64,000 nt of DNA from Candidatus Sericytochromatia bacterium (lineage in GTDB: Bacteria; Cyanobacteriota; Sericytochromatia; S15B-MN24; JAQBPE01): NCBI GenBank assembly GCA_035285125.1, contig JAYKHR010000026.1, forward strand, positions 47,837 through 111,836, read 5' to 3'. The position numbers and the translations under genes are program-made. Position 1 is the stretch's first letter. Each line of letters begins with the position of its first letter. Positions 1 to 14,066 of the stretch are shown piece by piece. Below the pieces are notes generated by a model. That model was not told the DNA's origin, ran no database searches, and saw only the letters and a list, made by a program, of their open reading frames with translations.

Positions 1-200
1 AGTTTGCGTTTGCCGGGAGGGGATGGGGCCACGGCCTCGGCATGTCGCAGTGGGGGGCGCGGCGGCTCGCGGAGGCGGGATACGCCTTCAGCCAGATCCT
101 GGCCCACTACTACCCTGGCTCGTCCCTCGAACGCCTGCCCTGAGGCTCGGCAGGTCTGCCGTCACGGGCTGAGCGGGGCTCGGCTCGGGGGCCTTGTGCC

Positions 201-893
201 TCAGACGATGGCCTGGCGCGACCCCGCTCGCCAGGCCTCGGCCTCCCGGACGATGCGCTCGGCGAGCGCCTCGGGCACGGCCGTGCCGTCGAGCTTGAGG
301 TGGTAGGGGATGTCGTCCACGAGAGCCTCCGTCGGGTCAGATGACCAGGCCGGATCCCAGTGGCCGTCGCGCTGGATGATGCGCCGCTGCCGCTCCCCGA
401 GGGGCACGTCCAGGTAGACGACGAAGAAGCCGAGCCGACGGAGGTAGTCGCCCTCCAGCGGGAAGCGCATGTCATCGACGACGACGGGGCCCGGGGAGCG
501 CAGGTGGTCTCGGCGCCAGCGCCCGATCCAGTAGCCGGGATGCCCCCAGCAATAGGCATAGCCCTCGTCGTACAGGGCCCTGTGAAGGGCCTCCACGCGC
601 TCCGCCGGGGCGCCGGGGAAGATGTGGTCCGCGAGGGCCGACACCCGTTCGCGGCGCGCCGTCGACAGGGGCGTGTCGATGCCCTGCCAGGCCGGCGAGC
701 GGGCGGCGCCACCCACACGCTGCAGGACGCCGCGGTCGGTCTTCTTGTCGACAGAGCGCCCCAGCAGGAGCGTCGTGAGGTAGCGCAGCGGGTCTGCGAA
801 GCTGAGGCGCCTGTAGCGGTGGCTGCCCGCCAGCACGTTCGCCACCGTCGTCTTGCCCGCCCCCATGGGGCCTGCGATGCCAACCTCGACCAC
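201..893 (-). CDS. P-loop nucleotide kinase, deoxynucleoside monophosphate kinase-like
   Basis: GPMGAGKT P-loop, SFADPLR, R..LQRVG and VVVDDMRFP.E motifs typical of the dNMP kinase family; GAGGAGG RBS before GTG. Confidence 0.65.
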   Translation of the reverse strand: MVEVGIAGPMGAGKTTVANVLAGSHRYRRLSFADPLRYLTTLLLGRSVDKKTDRGVLQRVGGAARSPAWQGIDTPLSTARRERVSALADHIFPGAPAERVEALHRALYDEGYAYCWGHPGYWIGRWRRDHLRSPGPVVVDDMRFPLEGDYLRRLGFFVVYLDVPLGERQRRIIQRDGHWDPAWSSDPTEALVDDIPYHLKLDGTAVPEALAERIVREAEAWRAGSRQAIV

Positions 894-960
894 GCCTGGG
901 CCTCCTCTTCGCGATGACGCCCCATCATACTCCCCCGGGTTGACCCGGGGTAGGTGGCGG

Positions 961-4992
<4,032 letters not shown>

Positions 4993-5256
4993 TTCGATCC
5001 CCTCGATCCAGGCATGGTGGGCATCTTCGACGGTTGCGAGGAGGCCTCCAGGCTATGCGGATCATAGATCGCCCCCGGGCCGGTGTCTATGACGGACGCA
5101 CCCGTCTGCGAGACGTTCCTGCGGTTTTTGCCGCGGCAGCGCACCCTGCGGCAAAAAATTCGGAAAACGGTAGCAAGTCTTGCCTCGGATGGGGTATAAG
5201 TTTAATGTCTGGTTAAACCTGGGCGTCGCTGCCTTAACTCGGGTGGAGGACCTTCC

Positions 5257-5559
5257 GTGCGCAACATGATGGCTTTTGTCTGCCCTGAACTCGACACCAC
5301 CTACGAGGACGCCTACAGCGAGCTCAGCGAGCACCTGGAGATGCCGGTGGCTGAGGTGGTGCGGAAGTTTCCGCCGGATGACGCCGTCGCGCGGCTCCGC
5401 TACCACCGCCGCCAGGCGCGCCGCCGCGCCGTGTTCCAGGAGCTCGCCGACGAGCTGAACGTGGATGTGACGACGGTCTTCGCCGCCTGCTCGGTGGATG
5501 GGGCGCACATCCTGCTCGATGCCGTTCGCAGCCGGCGCGGTGCTGCCAGCCACGGCTGA
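5257..5559 (+). CDS. hypothetical protein with internal duplicated helical motif
   Basis: GGAGGA RBS, high GC3 codons, AT-rich upstream region; YSELSEHLEMPVAEV resembles FQELADELNVDVTTV. Confidence 0.65.
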   Translation: MRNMMAFVCPELDTTYEDAYSELSEHLEMPVAEVVRKFPPDDAVARLRYHRRQARRRAVFQELADELNVDVTTVFAACSVDGAHILLDAVRSRRGAASHG

Positions 5560-5734
5560 ACGGTCGCTCCCTGGCGTCTGGTGGCCTCGCCCCGGCAACG
5601 GTCGGGGCCTTTGCGTTGGTGATGACCTCCCCCCGGGGCTGCTCGGGGGCTCGGGGTGGTGACGCTCGCGACGGCCGGGGGTGTTCCCCCCCGTGCTAGA
5701 CTGAAGCGCCACCCCGCGACAGGTCAGCCTCCAG

Positions 5735-7570
5735 ATGGTCGATGTGAAGACGCCCCCCACCGCCCCCTCGCCTGCCCAGCGCCGGGCAGAGATCGCGTCG
5801 ATCCTGTTCAAGCACGGTTACGACGCGCTGCTGTACCACCTGTCGCTGGCCGAGTTCCTGCCAGCCACGCTCCGAGGCCGGCTCTCGCGCTACAGCCTAT
5901 CGGCTCGGAACCTCACGGACGACGGCGAGGAGGTTGAGCTCAAGCTGCCGCTGCCGCAGGTGCTGCGGACGATCTTGGAGGAACTGGGCCCCACCTTCGT
6001 GAAGCTGGGGCAGGTGATGTCGACGCGCGCGGACATCCTGCCGCCAGCCTACATCCGGGAGCTCTCCAAGCTGCAGGAGAAGGTCACGGCCATCGACTGG
6101 TCCCAGATGGAGAGCGTCCTGCTCGACGAGTGGAACGCCCGCGTTCGTGACCGGAACCTGGGTGAACCCGAGGCCACCAGCGCCCGCCAGATCTTCCACG
6201 ACTTTGACCCTGTGCCTCTCGCGGCCGGCAGCATCGGGCAGGTCTACAGGGCGGTCATTGTGGACCCTGCCTCGAAGGTACCGCAGCAGGTCATCGTGAA
6301 GCTCCAACGGCCCGGCGTGCAGGGCATCGTGGAGGCTGACTTGAAGCTCCTGCGGGAGTTCTCGCGCAACCTCTCCAAGAGCTTCGAGTGGGCCCGGTTC
6401 TACAACCTGAACGAGATTGTCGAGGAGTTCGCCGGCGTCATCAGCGGCGAGATGGACTTCGCCAGGGAGGGCACCAACACCGAGATCATCGGCGTTTCCC
6501 TCAAGAAGCACTACGCCCGGCAGGTCTCCACCCCCCGCGTGTACTGGGACTACTCCGGCCACCGAATGCTGACGCTGGAGTTCGTGGAGGGCGTCAAGAT
6601 CTCCAGCCTGTTCCCGGGCTATGTGGCCCCCCCGGGGGCGCCGGCTGGCCTCGACCTCACGGTGGAGCAACGCAAGCTGCTCGCGCAGACCATCACCAAC
6701 GTTTTCCTGCAGCAGATCTTCGTCGAGGGTTTCTTCCACGCGGATCCCCACCCTGGCAACATCATGGTCCGCTGGGATCGCAAGCTGAACCGGCCGGAGC
6801 TGGTCATCATCGACTTCGGCATGGTGGGTCGACTCGACCCCCGCTCCCGCGACCTGCTGATCGACTTCCTGCTCGCCATCGTGCAGTTCGACGCCGCCCG
6901 GGCCACCGAGCGCATCCTGGAGTACGGCCAGCCGAGCCGGAACATCGACCGCCATGCGCTCGCCACCGAGCTGGACCACCTGCTGCGCTCGGTGCTGGGC
7001 AAGCCCATCAAGGAGGTCGAGGTCGGTCAGCTGCTGCAGCAGATCCTCAACCTGATGGTGCAGTACCGGGTCCGCATGCCGCCCAGTTTCCTGATGATGG
7101 CCCGCGTCTTCGTGACGATCGAGGGCATCAACCGGCAGCTCGATGACGAATACATGCTCATCAAGGTGGCCGAGCCCTTCATCATGCAGACGCTGACGGA
7201 CCAGTTCTTCCAGCAGCTGAACCGGCAGGAACTCGCTCGCACCGCCATCGACTGGCGCAACATCGCCGCCCGGACCCCCCGGCAGCTCGACGACATCCTG
7301 ACCCAGCTCAACGCCGGGCGGCTCCGCTTCGAGTACAACATGCTGGGCCTCGACCAGCTCCAGCGGACCATTGCTGTGATCGGCAACAAGATCAGCTTCT
7401 CGCTGCTGGTCGCCTCGATGATCCTCGGGGCCGCGATTGTCATGCACGCGCCGTCCACGCACCGCCTGTTCGGCTACCCGGTGCTCAGCCTGGCCATCTT
7501 CTCCGTCTCGGCTCTGATGGCACTCTGGCTGATTGTCGCCATCATGCGCTCTGGCACCCTGCGCCAGTGA
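5735..7570 (+). CDS. ABC1/AarF/UbiB family atypical kinase
   Basis: LGPTFVKLGQ, PLAAGSIGQVYRA, VIVKLQRPG, FFHADPHPGN, DFGMVG; two C-terminal TM helices. Confidence 0.93.
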   Translation: MVDVKTPPTAPSPAQRRAEIASILFKHGYDALLYHLSLAEFLPATLRGRLSRYSLSARNLTDDGEEVELKLPLPQVLRTILEELGPTFVKLGQVMSTRADILPPAYIRELSKLQEKVTAIDWSQMESVLLDEWNARVRDRNLGEPEATSARQIFHDFDPVPLAAGSIGQVYRAVIVDPASKVPQQVIVKLQRPGVQGIVEADLKLLREFSRNLSKSFEWARFYNLNEIVEEFAGVISGEMDFAREGTNTEIIGVSLKKHYARQVSTPRVYWDYSGHRMLTLEFVEGVKISSLFPGYVAPPGAPAGLDLTVEQRKLLAQTITNVFLQQIFVEGFFHADPHPGNIMVRWDRKLNRPELVIIDFGMVGRLDPRSRDLLIDFLLAIVQFDAARATERILEYGQPSRNIDRHALATELDHLLRSVLGKPIKEVEVGQLLQQILNLMVQYRVRMPPSFLMMARVFVTIEGINRQLDDEYMLIKVAEPFIMQTLTDQFFQQLNRQELARTAIDWRNIAARTPRQLDDILTQLNAGRLRFEYNMLGLDQLQRTIAVIGNKISFSLLVASMILGAAIVMHAPSTHRLFGYPVLSLAIFSVSALMALWLIVAIMRSGTLRQ

Positions 7571-7585
7571 CGCGCGGCTAAGCGT

Positions 7586-8326
7586 TCAGCGCCTGCCTGC
7601 GCTCTTCTTCTTGCCCTCGGGCTTGCCCTTGGCGGGCGGCTTGCCCTTCGCACCCTTGGCGTCGGGCTTGGCGTCGCCCTTCGCGCTGTCCTTCTTGCCG
7701 CCGAAGAGCGCCATCAGCTTCCCGAAGAAGCCGCCGCTTTCGGCCTTCTGCTGCCCGGGCGCCTGGTAGTGCTGCCGGACGATCTTGTGCTTCTTGTCTA
7801 GCTTCAGCGCCTGCTCGAAGGCCTTGTTCGCGGGCGTTTTCAGGCCCTGCTGGTGGTAGGCGAGGCCGAGGTAGGCCGGGTAATCCGCCACGGTCGGATC
7901 CAGCCGGGCGGCCTCCTTGTAATGCTGGATGCACTTAGACCAGTTCTTGGCCTTGTGGGCCACCAGCCCGGCCTCGTACTGGTTGCGGGCCTGCTTTTGA
8001 CGGGCCTCGCTGACGTTGCCGTCGTCGTCGATGCTCTTCCCGGGAGTGCCTCCCCCACCCTTGGCAGCGGGAGCGCTGCTGCCCGCGAAGCCCAGCCGGC
8101 GGGCGAAGTCGTACTCGGCCCGTTCCTCTTCGTCCTTCAGGATGTTGTAAGCGTTCGTGACCTTGCTGAAGCGCGTGGTGGCCTCGTCGCGCTTGGCAGG
8201 GTCATCCGGGAACCTGTCCGGGTGCAGCTCGATCGCGAGCTTCTTATAGGCCTTACGAATCTCGTCGGAGGTTGCGGTCTCCTCGACGCCGAGCAGTTCG
8301 TAGAGGTCCTCCTCCCACAGTTCCAC
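7586..8326 (-). CDS. J-domain (DnaJ-type) protein with TPR repeats
   Basis: DLYELLGV...IRKAYKKLA..LHPD J domain; TPR-like helices; Lys-rich tail. Confidence 0.9.
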   Translation of the reverse strand: MELWEEDLYELLGVEETATSDEIRKAYKKLAIELHPDRFPDDPAKRDEATTRFSKVTNAYNILKDEEERAEYDFARRLGFAGSSAPAAKGGGGTPGKSIDDDGNVSEARQKQARNQYEAGLVAHKAKNWSKCIQHYKEAARLDPTVADYPAYLGLAYHQQGLKTPANKAFEQALKLDKKHKIVRQHYQAPGQQKAESGGFFGKLMALFGGKKDSAKGDAKPDAKGAKGKPPAKGKPEGKKKSAGRR

Positions 8327-8341
8327 GTAAGCTCCTCAGAA

Positions 8342-9112
8342 TCAGGCGAGCAGGCGCCGGGCGGTGTCGATGCGGGTGGTGTAGTCGGCGGCGAAAAGCT
8401 CGTCGGGCTCGACGCGATGGGGACGAATCTCGACAACCGGTTCGAGGCAGCGGATCACGGTGCGGGTGACGGGGTGGTGAGACCACTGAAACAGTGCCTC
8501 TGGGCGCATGCGCGCAGCCTGACTCCAGTAGCGCTGCGCCGCGCGGTAGTAGTCGAGGCCGTCTGCGTCTTCGAGGGCGGCGCAACAGTGGCCCGCAAGT
8601 TCGAAGGCGATGCCCAGGCAAGCCATCTCTCCGTTATCTACCCGGTCGAGCCCCCGGATACTCCGGATGGCCTCCTCCACGAACAGCAGCGCCCGGCGCA
8701 CCGCCGCCCGGCTCGTGCGGTGCCTGCCCGAGCGGTGGTAGAGCGCCCCCGCACGCAGGAGGTCGAAGATGACCTGGTGGAAGGTGCCAAAGCCTGGGAA
8801 GTGGTAGTCGAGCAGTTCGTCGCCCGTGAGGTCCAGGCCGAGCTTGTGCTGAGCGAGGATTTCCAGACAGCGCGCCGCGGCGTAATGCTGGCCAAGGTCG
8901 ACGAGGTGGGTCACCAGGAGGGTCACTTCGGTCTCGGAGCGTCCCACCGCCGCCAGAATCGCCTCGCCCAGGTCCTTCGGGCTCGTGACATCGACTGGGC
9001 GACCGTCCACACCAGGCACCCAAAGCTGAAAGGAGTCATCGCGGCCAGTCATGCCATCACGTCTCCTGGCCCACGCCAATCGCGCGTATCCTGGCGCACG
9101 ATGCGCCTGCAT
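8342..9112 (-). CDS. hypothetical helical protein (start may be 9052)
   Basis: Fills the gap in a co-directional gene run with protein-like composition; no recognised motif. Confidence 0.6.
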   Translation of the reverse strand: MQAHRAPGYARLAWARRRDGMTGRDDSFQLWVPGVDGRPVDVTSPKDLGEAILAAVGRSETEVTLLVTHLVDLGQHYAAARCLEILAQHKLGLDLTGDELLDYHFPGFGTFHQVIFDLLRAGALYHRSGRHRTSRAAVRRALLFVEEAIRSIRGLDRVDNGEMACLGIAFELAGHCCAALEDADGLDYYRAAQRYWSQAARMRPEALFQWSHHPVTRTVIRCLEPVVEIRPHRVEPDELFAADYTTRIDTARRLLA

Positions 9113-9128
9113 ACCTCATACCCATCGC

Positions 9129-9725
9129 TCACACCTTCCCTGACAGCCGGAAAACCTTGTCGACATAAGAGCCCTGCTCACCCGTCAGCGGCCGCCCTGC
9201 CTTTACCTGCCGGGTGACGGTGCCGACGCCTGCCAGGTAGGATGCCAGGGTCAGCTCCCACCGCTGGGGGTGGGCCTGCCACACCCTGGCGAGCCAGGCC
9301 ACATACCGCGCGGTGCCGGCGATGTTCTGCTCGGGGTCGAAGGGGTCCGACACCCCCATGTCCCGTGCCGTCGCCGGCATCAGCTGGCCCAACCCCTGCG
9401 CACCCACGGGAGACACGGCGCGGGGGTTGAAGCTGGACTCCGTGGCGATGAGGGAGGCCACCAGGTGCACCGGCAGCCCCTGCGTCCTCGCGTGTCGTGT
9501 GATGGCTTCGGCTTGCTGCCGCGCGTCGCCAGGCGCGAGGAAGGGGTTGGTGGCGAGGATGAAGGCGACCAGCCTGTCCTCGGAGATGGTGCCCCGGTCG
9601 GGCAGGAACGCCGTCGAGCGGGGCGAGGCGGCCGGCTCGTCCGCGTACCTCGCGACGCGGCCCAGGCAGCCGCTGGTGCTGAAGGCGAAGAGGGAGACGA
9701 GGAGCAGGGCGTGGACGCGCGACAT
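9129..9725 (-). CDS. lytic transglycosylase (SLT domain) lipoprotein
   Basis: Lipobox-like TSGC; IATESSFNPRAVSPVGAQGLGQLMP, NIAGTARY. Confidence 0.9.
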   Translation of the reverse strand: MSRVHALLLVSLFAFSTSGCLGRVARYADEPAASPRSTAFLPDRGTISEDRLVAFILATNPFLAPGDARQQAEAITRHARTQGLPVHLVASLIATESSFNPRAVSPVGAQGLGQLMPATARDMGVSDPFDPEQNIAGTARYVAWLARVWQAHPQRWELTLASYLAGVGTVTRQVKAGRPLTGEQGSYVDKVFRLSGKV

Positions 9726-9772
9726 GTCGGGTATAGCCTACGATGGAGCCCCTCTCCGGGCCGTGCCAGCAG

Positions 9773-11125
9773 TCACGCCCCCGTCTCGCCCGAGGCCATC
9801 CCATGCTCGACCGCATCCGCAGCTTCGTGCTCGACCACCCCGGCGCCACCAACTTTGCCGTGGCGGCCGAATTCGGCCTCACCAGGGCGATGGCCGACCG
9901 GTACCTGGAGTGGCTCGAGGACGCTGGCGTCGTTCACCTCGACAGGCCGGCGGAGGTCTGCACCGGCTGCGGGCCGCGGCCGAGCGCTGGGGGGGCGGGG
10001 GCTTGCGCCACCACGGGGGCGGCTGCCCGGCTCAACGCCCGGGCCGACGCCCTCCGGGCGGGGCGGGGCTCCGCTGGTCAGCCAGCGGTATAGCCACTGC
10101 TCCGGGTCAGGCGCCAGTGCCACCTGCTCCCGGAAGAACCTGACGGTCGCAGGAAGCTGCCCCCCCAGGCGGGCGTGGGCCGCCTCGAAGCGGTCGAGCC
10201 GCTGGTGGTAGGTGCGGTATGCCGCGACGGTCGCGTTGTTGAAACGGCCCTGGCCGAAGTGCCTGTACTGGTGGCTCCTCAGCTTCGGGCGGTAGCTGGC
10301 CTCGAACTCCGCGCGGGCAGCCTCGAAAACCTGCTCGCGTGCTTGTTGGACCTCCGTCGGCACCCTTCCGGAGGCGTAGAGGGCCTCCAGGCGCTGCGCC
10401 AGGACCTCGATGAAGCCCGTGAACAGCCTGGCGTCATGGCGCACAGCCCGGGCCACGGCGAGATCCGGATCCCCCTCGCCCCCCCGCGCCCGGAAGAACG
10501 CCTGGGCTCCCTCCTCGCCCACGAAGGTGGCGAAGCCCTCGTTGAAGCTCGCCTGACCAGGCAGGAAGAGGGTGGCGTGGGTGGTCTCGTGGATGACGAC
10601 GTTTACCAGGTTCGCTGGCTCCATCGCGACGAAGGGCGAGTAGATGGGGTCCGGCGCCCACCCCAGCAGGCTGAAGGCCGCCACCCCGCGCACGGTGGTG
10701 TCGAGGCCCTGGGCCTCCAGGGCTGCCTGCTCGGCCAGCGCGTCGGCGCGGGCGAAGTAGCCCTTGTAGGGAACGTGGCCGACAATGGGAAACCACCACT
10801 GGTGGGGCGCCAGGCTGTCCGGGGGGGCTGCGCTCACGACGTAGGAGACGGCGTCGCGATCCAGCGTCACGAGGTGCTCGTAGTTGCGCGTCCGGGCCAG
10901 GCCGACGGCGTCCTCGGCAAAGGCCTTGGCCGCCCGCACGAGCTGCAGGGCGCGGCGGGTTTGGGCAGAGGTCTCCGGGCGCGCGAGCACCGCCTCGACG
11001 GGCTCGCGCCGACGCAGGAGCTCCATCTGGCCCAGCCCTTGCTGCACCACATAGCACCCCCCGAGGGCCAAGGGGGCAAGCAGGATGAGCGCGGCGTGGC
11101 GCAGCGGGCGGAGCGGCTCGGCCAT
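9773..11125 (-). CDS. predicted zinc aminopeptidase lipoprotein (DUF2265-like); C-terminal ~100 aa probably read-through
   Basis: LGGC lipobox, [21 protein letters not shown] and NEGFATFV gluzincin motifs. Confidence 0.85.
   Translation of the reverse strand: MAEPLRPLRHAALILLAPLALGGCYVVQQGLGQMELLRRREPVEAVLARPETSAQTRRALQLVRAAKAFAEDAVGLARTRNYEHLVTLDRDAVSYVVSAAPPDSLAPHQWWFPIVGHVPYKGYFARADALAEQAALEAQGLDTTVRGVAAFSLLGWAPDPIYSPFVAMEPANLVNVVIHETTHATLFLPGQASFNEGFATFVGEEGAQAFFRARGGEGDPDLAVARAVRHDARLFTGFIEVLAQRLEALYASGRVPTEVQQAREQVFEAARAEFEASYRPKLRSHQYRHFGQGRFNNATVAAYRTYHQRLDRFEAAHARLGGQLPATVRFFREQVALAPDPEQWLYRWLTSGAPPRPEGVGPGVEPGSRPRGGASPRPPSARPRPAAGADLRRPVEVNDASVLEPLQVPVGHRPGEAEFGRHGKVGGAGVVEHEAADAVEHGMASGETGA
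9803..10093 (+). CDS. FeoC-like winged-helix protein with Cys motif
   Basis: MLDRIRSFV...[25 protein letters not shown] followed by CTGC...C; strong GC3 bias. Confidence 0.6.
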   Translation: MLDRIRSFVLDHPGATNFAVAAEFGLTRAMADRYLEWLEDAGVVHLDRPAEVCTGCGPRPSAGGAGACATTGAAARLNARADALRAGRGSAGQPAV

Positions 11126-11208
11126 GGGCGTCGGTCCGGACGTGGGGCAGCGGTCCGCATGGTAGCATGGTCCTCCTTGCGCCCCGCCGGCCGTCTTCGG
11201 AGGTACCT

Positions 11209-12525
11209 ATGGCAGCCTCGTCCGAGGTCACTCTCGCCACCATCAGCTCCCTCTCAGCCCACGTCGGGCAGGAGGTTGAGCTGCGAGGTTGGCTCTACAA
11301 CAAGCGTTCCAGCGGTAAGATCCAGTTTCTCATTCTCCGGGACGGCACCGGGACGGTGCAGGCCGTCGTTGTGAAAAAGGACGTGACCGAAGCCGTCTGG
11401 GACGCCGCCAGCGCGCTGACGCAGGAGAGCTCGTTCCGGCTGAGGGGGCTCGTCCGCGCCGATGACCGGGCCCCGGGTGGCTTCGAACTGACGGCGACTG
11501 GCGTGGTGCCCGTCCACGTGGTGGAGGGCGAGTACCCCATCTCCCACAAGGAGCATGGCGTGGACTTCCTGATGAGCCACCGCCACCTGTGGCTGCGGAC
11601 CCCCCGGCAGGCCGCCATCTTGCGCATCCGGCACACCATCATCCAGGCGATGCGGGGGTACCTGGACAGCCAGGGCTTCACGCTCGTGGACTCCCCGATC
11701 CTCACGCCCGCGGCCTGCGAGGGCACCTCCACGCTGTTCGAGACGGACTACTTCGGGGACCCCGCGTTCCTCTCGCAGAGCGGCCAGCTTTACAACGAGG
11801 CGCACGCGATGGCCCTGGGCAAGGTCTACTGCTTCGGCCCGACCTTCCGGGCCGAGAAGTCCAAGACCCGCCGGCACCTGATGGAGTTCTGGATGCTGGA
11901 GCCCGAGATGGCTTACGTCGACCTCTGGGGCAACCTCGAGGTCCAGGAGCAGCTCGTGTCGCACGTCGTGCAGACGGTGCTCGCACGCCACCGCCAGGAG
12001 CTTGTCGAGCTCCTCGGCCGGGACGTCACGGCCCTCGAGAAGGTGCAGGCGCCCTTTCCGCGCATCACCTACGACGAGGCCCTGCGCATCCTGGCCGAGA
12101 AGGGCCAGCAGGTGGCCTGGGGTGACGATTTCGGCGCCCCAGACGAGACGGCGCTCGCGGACCACTTCGAGCGGCCCGTCTTCGTGACGCACTACCCGGC
12201 GGCGTGCAAGGCCTTCTATATGAAGCCCGATCCCGCCCGGGAGGAAGTCGTGCTGTGCGCCGACCTGCTGGCACCGGAAGGCTACGGCGAGATCATCGGG
12301 GGCTCGCAGCGCATCGACGACTACGACCAGCTGGTGCAGAAAATGGCGGAGCACGACGTCCCCACGGGGCCGCTGGAGTGGTACCTGGACCTGCGGCGCT
12401 ACGGCTCCGTCCCCCACAGCGGCTTCGGGATCGGCCTGGAACGCACCGTGGCCTGGATCTGCGGCCTCGACCACGTGCGAGAGACCATCCCCTTCGCGCG
12501 CATGCTGACCCGCATCTACCCGTGA
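11209..12525 (+). CDS. asnS: asparagine--tRNA ligase
   Basis: GGAGGT RBS; OB fold, [43 protein letters not shown]. Confidence 0.96.
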   Translation: MAASSEVTLATISSLSAHVGQEVELRGWLYNKRSSGKIQFLILRDGTGTVQAVVVKKDVTEAVWDAASALTQESSFRLRGLVRADDRAPGGFELTATGVVPVHVVEGEYPISHKEHGVDFLMSHRHLWLRTPRQAAILRIRHTIIQAMRGYLDSQGFTLVDSPILTPAACEGTSTLFETDYFGDPAFLSQSGQLYNEAHAMALGKVYCFGPTFRAEKSKTRRHLMEFWMLEPEMAYVDLWGNLEVQEQLVSHVVQTVLARHRQELVELLGRDVTALEKVQAPFPRITYDEALRILAEKGQQVAWGDDFGAPDETALADHFERPVFVTHYPAACKAFYMKPDPAREEVVLCADLLAPEGYGEIIGGSQRIDDYDQLVQKMAEHDVPTGPLEWYLDLRRYGSVPHSGFGIGLERTVAWICGLDHVRETIPFARMLTRIYP

Positions 12526-12730
12526 CCTTCGGAGGTGGCGTGCGTCACATCGACCAGCGCGGCCAGGCCACTATGATGAGGGCCCCCGGGCCTTCCGGGG
12601 GTTATGATGTGGGCGGGGCGCCCTGCGTGGGCGGCAAACCCCGTCCCACCTGGGTATAACGCCCCTGACATCCCTCGCATGCGAGGGTGGGTGTGCCGGA
12701 CGGTGGGTTGTCTACCACCTTCCGCGGAGG

Positions 12731-14026
12731 ATGCCTGTCTTGGCCTGGAACAAGCTCATTGCGGGGTGTGTGCTGGGGGTCCTGGGGGCCCTGTGGGGGG
12801 CGGCAGCCCCGGCCGCTGTGGCCTACCCTGCCCCGCCAGGAATCAAGGCCGCCGCCGCCATCGTCATCGATGCGGACTCCGGCCAGGTGCTCTTCGAGCG
12901 GAACGCGCACCAGCGGCGCGCCCCGGCCAGCACCACCAAGATCATGACCAGCCTGCTGGCCGTCGAGAGCGGCCGGCTCGACGAGTACGTGACCATCAGC
13001 AAGCGGGCCGCCTCGATTGGGGAGTCGACCATCTACCTCAAGGAGGGCGAGCGCCTGAAGCTGCGCGAGCTGGTCTATGGCGTGCTGCTGAGCTCCGGCA
13101 ATGACGCCAGCACGGCCGTCGCAGAGTTCCTCGGCGGCACGGAGGCCGACTTCGTCGACCTCATGAACCGTCGGGCGCTGGCGCTCGGGCTGCGCGACAC
13201 CCACTTCAACAACCCGCATGGGCTGCCCTCCGAGGGGCACTTCTCGTCCGCCCACGACCTCGCGATGATGCTTCGGGAGGCGTCGCAGTACCACGAGTGG
13301 AACGACATCGCCCAGACCAAGGTCAAGCGGATCCCGGGCTTTGGCAAGCCGGACGGCCGCGTGCTCCGCAACCACAACAAGCTGCTGTGGAACTATGCCT
13401 TCGCCACTGGCGGCAAGACGGGCTACACCGTCGCCGCCGGGCGGTGCTTCGTGGGGAGTGCGCGGCGGGGTGGCCGCCACGTCATCCAGTCGACGATGGC
13501 CTCCAAGGACCTCTGGGCTGATTCCCAGGGCCTGTTGTCCTACGGCCTTGAGCGGTTCGAGAACGTGGCGGTGGCCCGCAAGGGCGAGATCGTCGGGACT
13601 GTGCCGATCCAGGCGGGGCACACCCGCATGGTGGAGGTCATCGCGCCCCGAGACGTCACCGTGAGCCTGCCCTTGGGGCAAGCCGACCGGGTGGCGCTCC
13701 AGCAGGTGTGGCAGCTCCCCGACGAGCTCGTCGCGCCTGTGAACCAGAACCAGCCGGTGGGCCAGCTCATCGTCCGGCAGGGGGAGCGCGTGCTTCAGAC
13801 CGTGCCGCTCGTGGCTGCCGCGACCGTCCCCGTGGCCGCGACGCCCTGGGGCACCCTGACCTCCTGGGTCTTTCCCGGCATGGTGACGGCCTCGCTGCTC
13901 TCCCTCGTGCGACTCAAGGCCTGGCGCCGCCGCCGCACGCGCCGTGTGCCGCCGCCCTTCGTCCCCCAGGGCTCGGCGCAGAAGCGCAACCCGGTCAAGC
14001 GGCGCAGGTTCCCTTACGCGTCGTGA
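12731..14026 (+). CDS. D-alanyl-D-alanine carboxypeptidase (PBP5/6, peptidase S11)
   Basis: Signal peptide, ASTTK (SxxK), SGND, NPHGL, GKTGYT, C-terminal PBP5 domain and membrane anchor. Confidence 0.93.
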   Translation: MPVLAWNKLIAGCVLGVLGALWGAAAPAAVAYPAPPGIKAAAAIVIDADSGQVLFERNAHQRRAPASTTKIMTSLLAVESGRLDEYVTISKRAASIGESTIYLKEGERLKLRELVYGVLLSSGNDASTAVAEFLGGTEADFVDLMNRRALALGLRDTHFNNPHGLPSEGHFSSAHDLAMMLREASQYHEWNDIAQTKVKRIPGFGKPDGRVLRNHNKLLWNYAFATGGKTGYTVAAGRCFVGSARRGGRHVIQSTMASKDLWADSQGLLSYGLERFENVAVARKGEIVGTVPIQAGHTRMVEVIAPRDVTVSLPLGQADRVALQQVWQLPDELVAPVNQNQPVGQLIVRQGERVLQTVPLVAAATVPVAATPWGTLTSWVFPGMVTASLLSLVRLKAWRRRRTRRVPPPFVPQGSAQKRNPVKRRRFPYAS

Positions 14027-14032
14027 ACACCC

Positions 14033-14066
14033 AGAGGCGGCCCCGGCAGGGGCCGCCTCTTTCCTT
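14033..14066 (+). terminator. hairpin terminator between convergent genes
   Basis: 12-bp stem AGAGGCGGCCCC/GGGGCCGCCTCT, GGCA loop, followed by TTCCTT. Confidence 0.65.
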
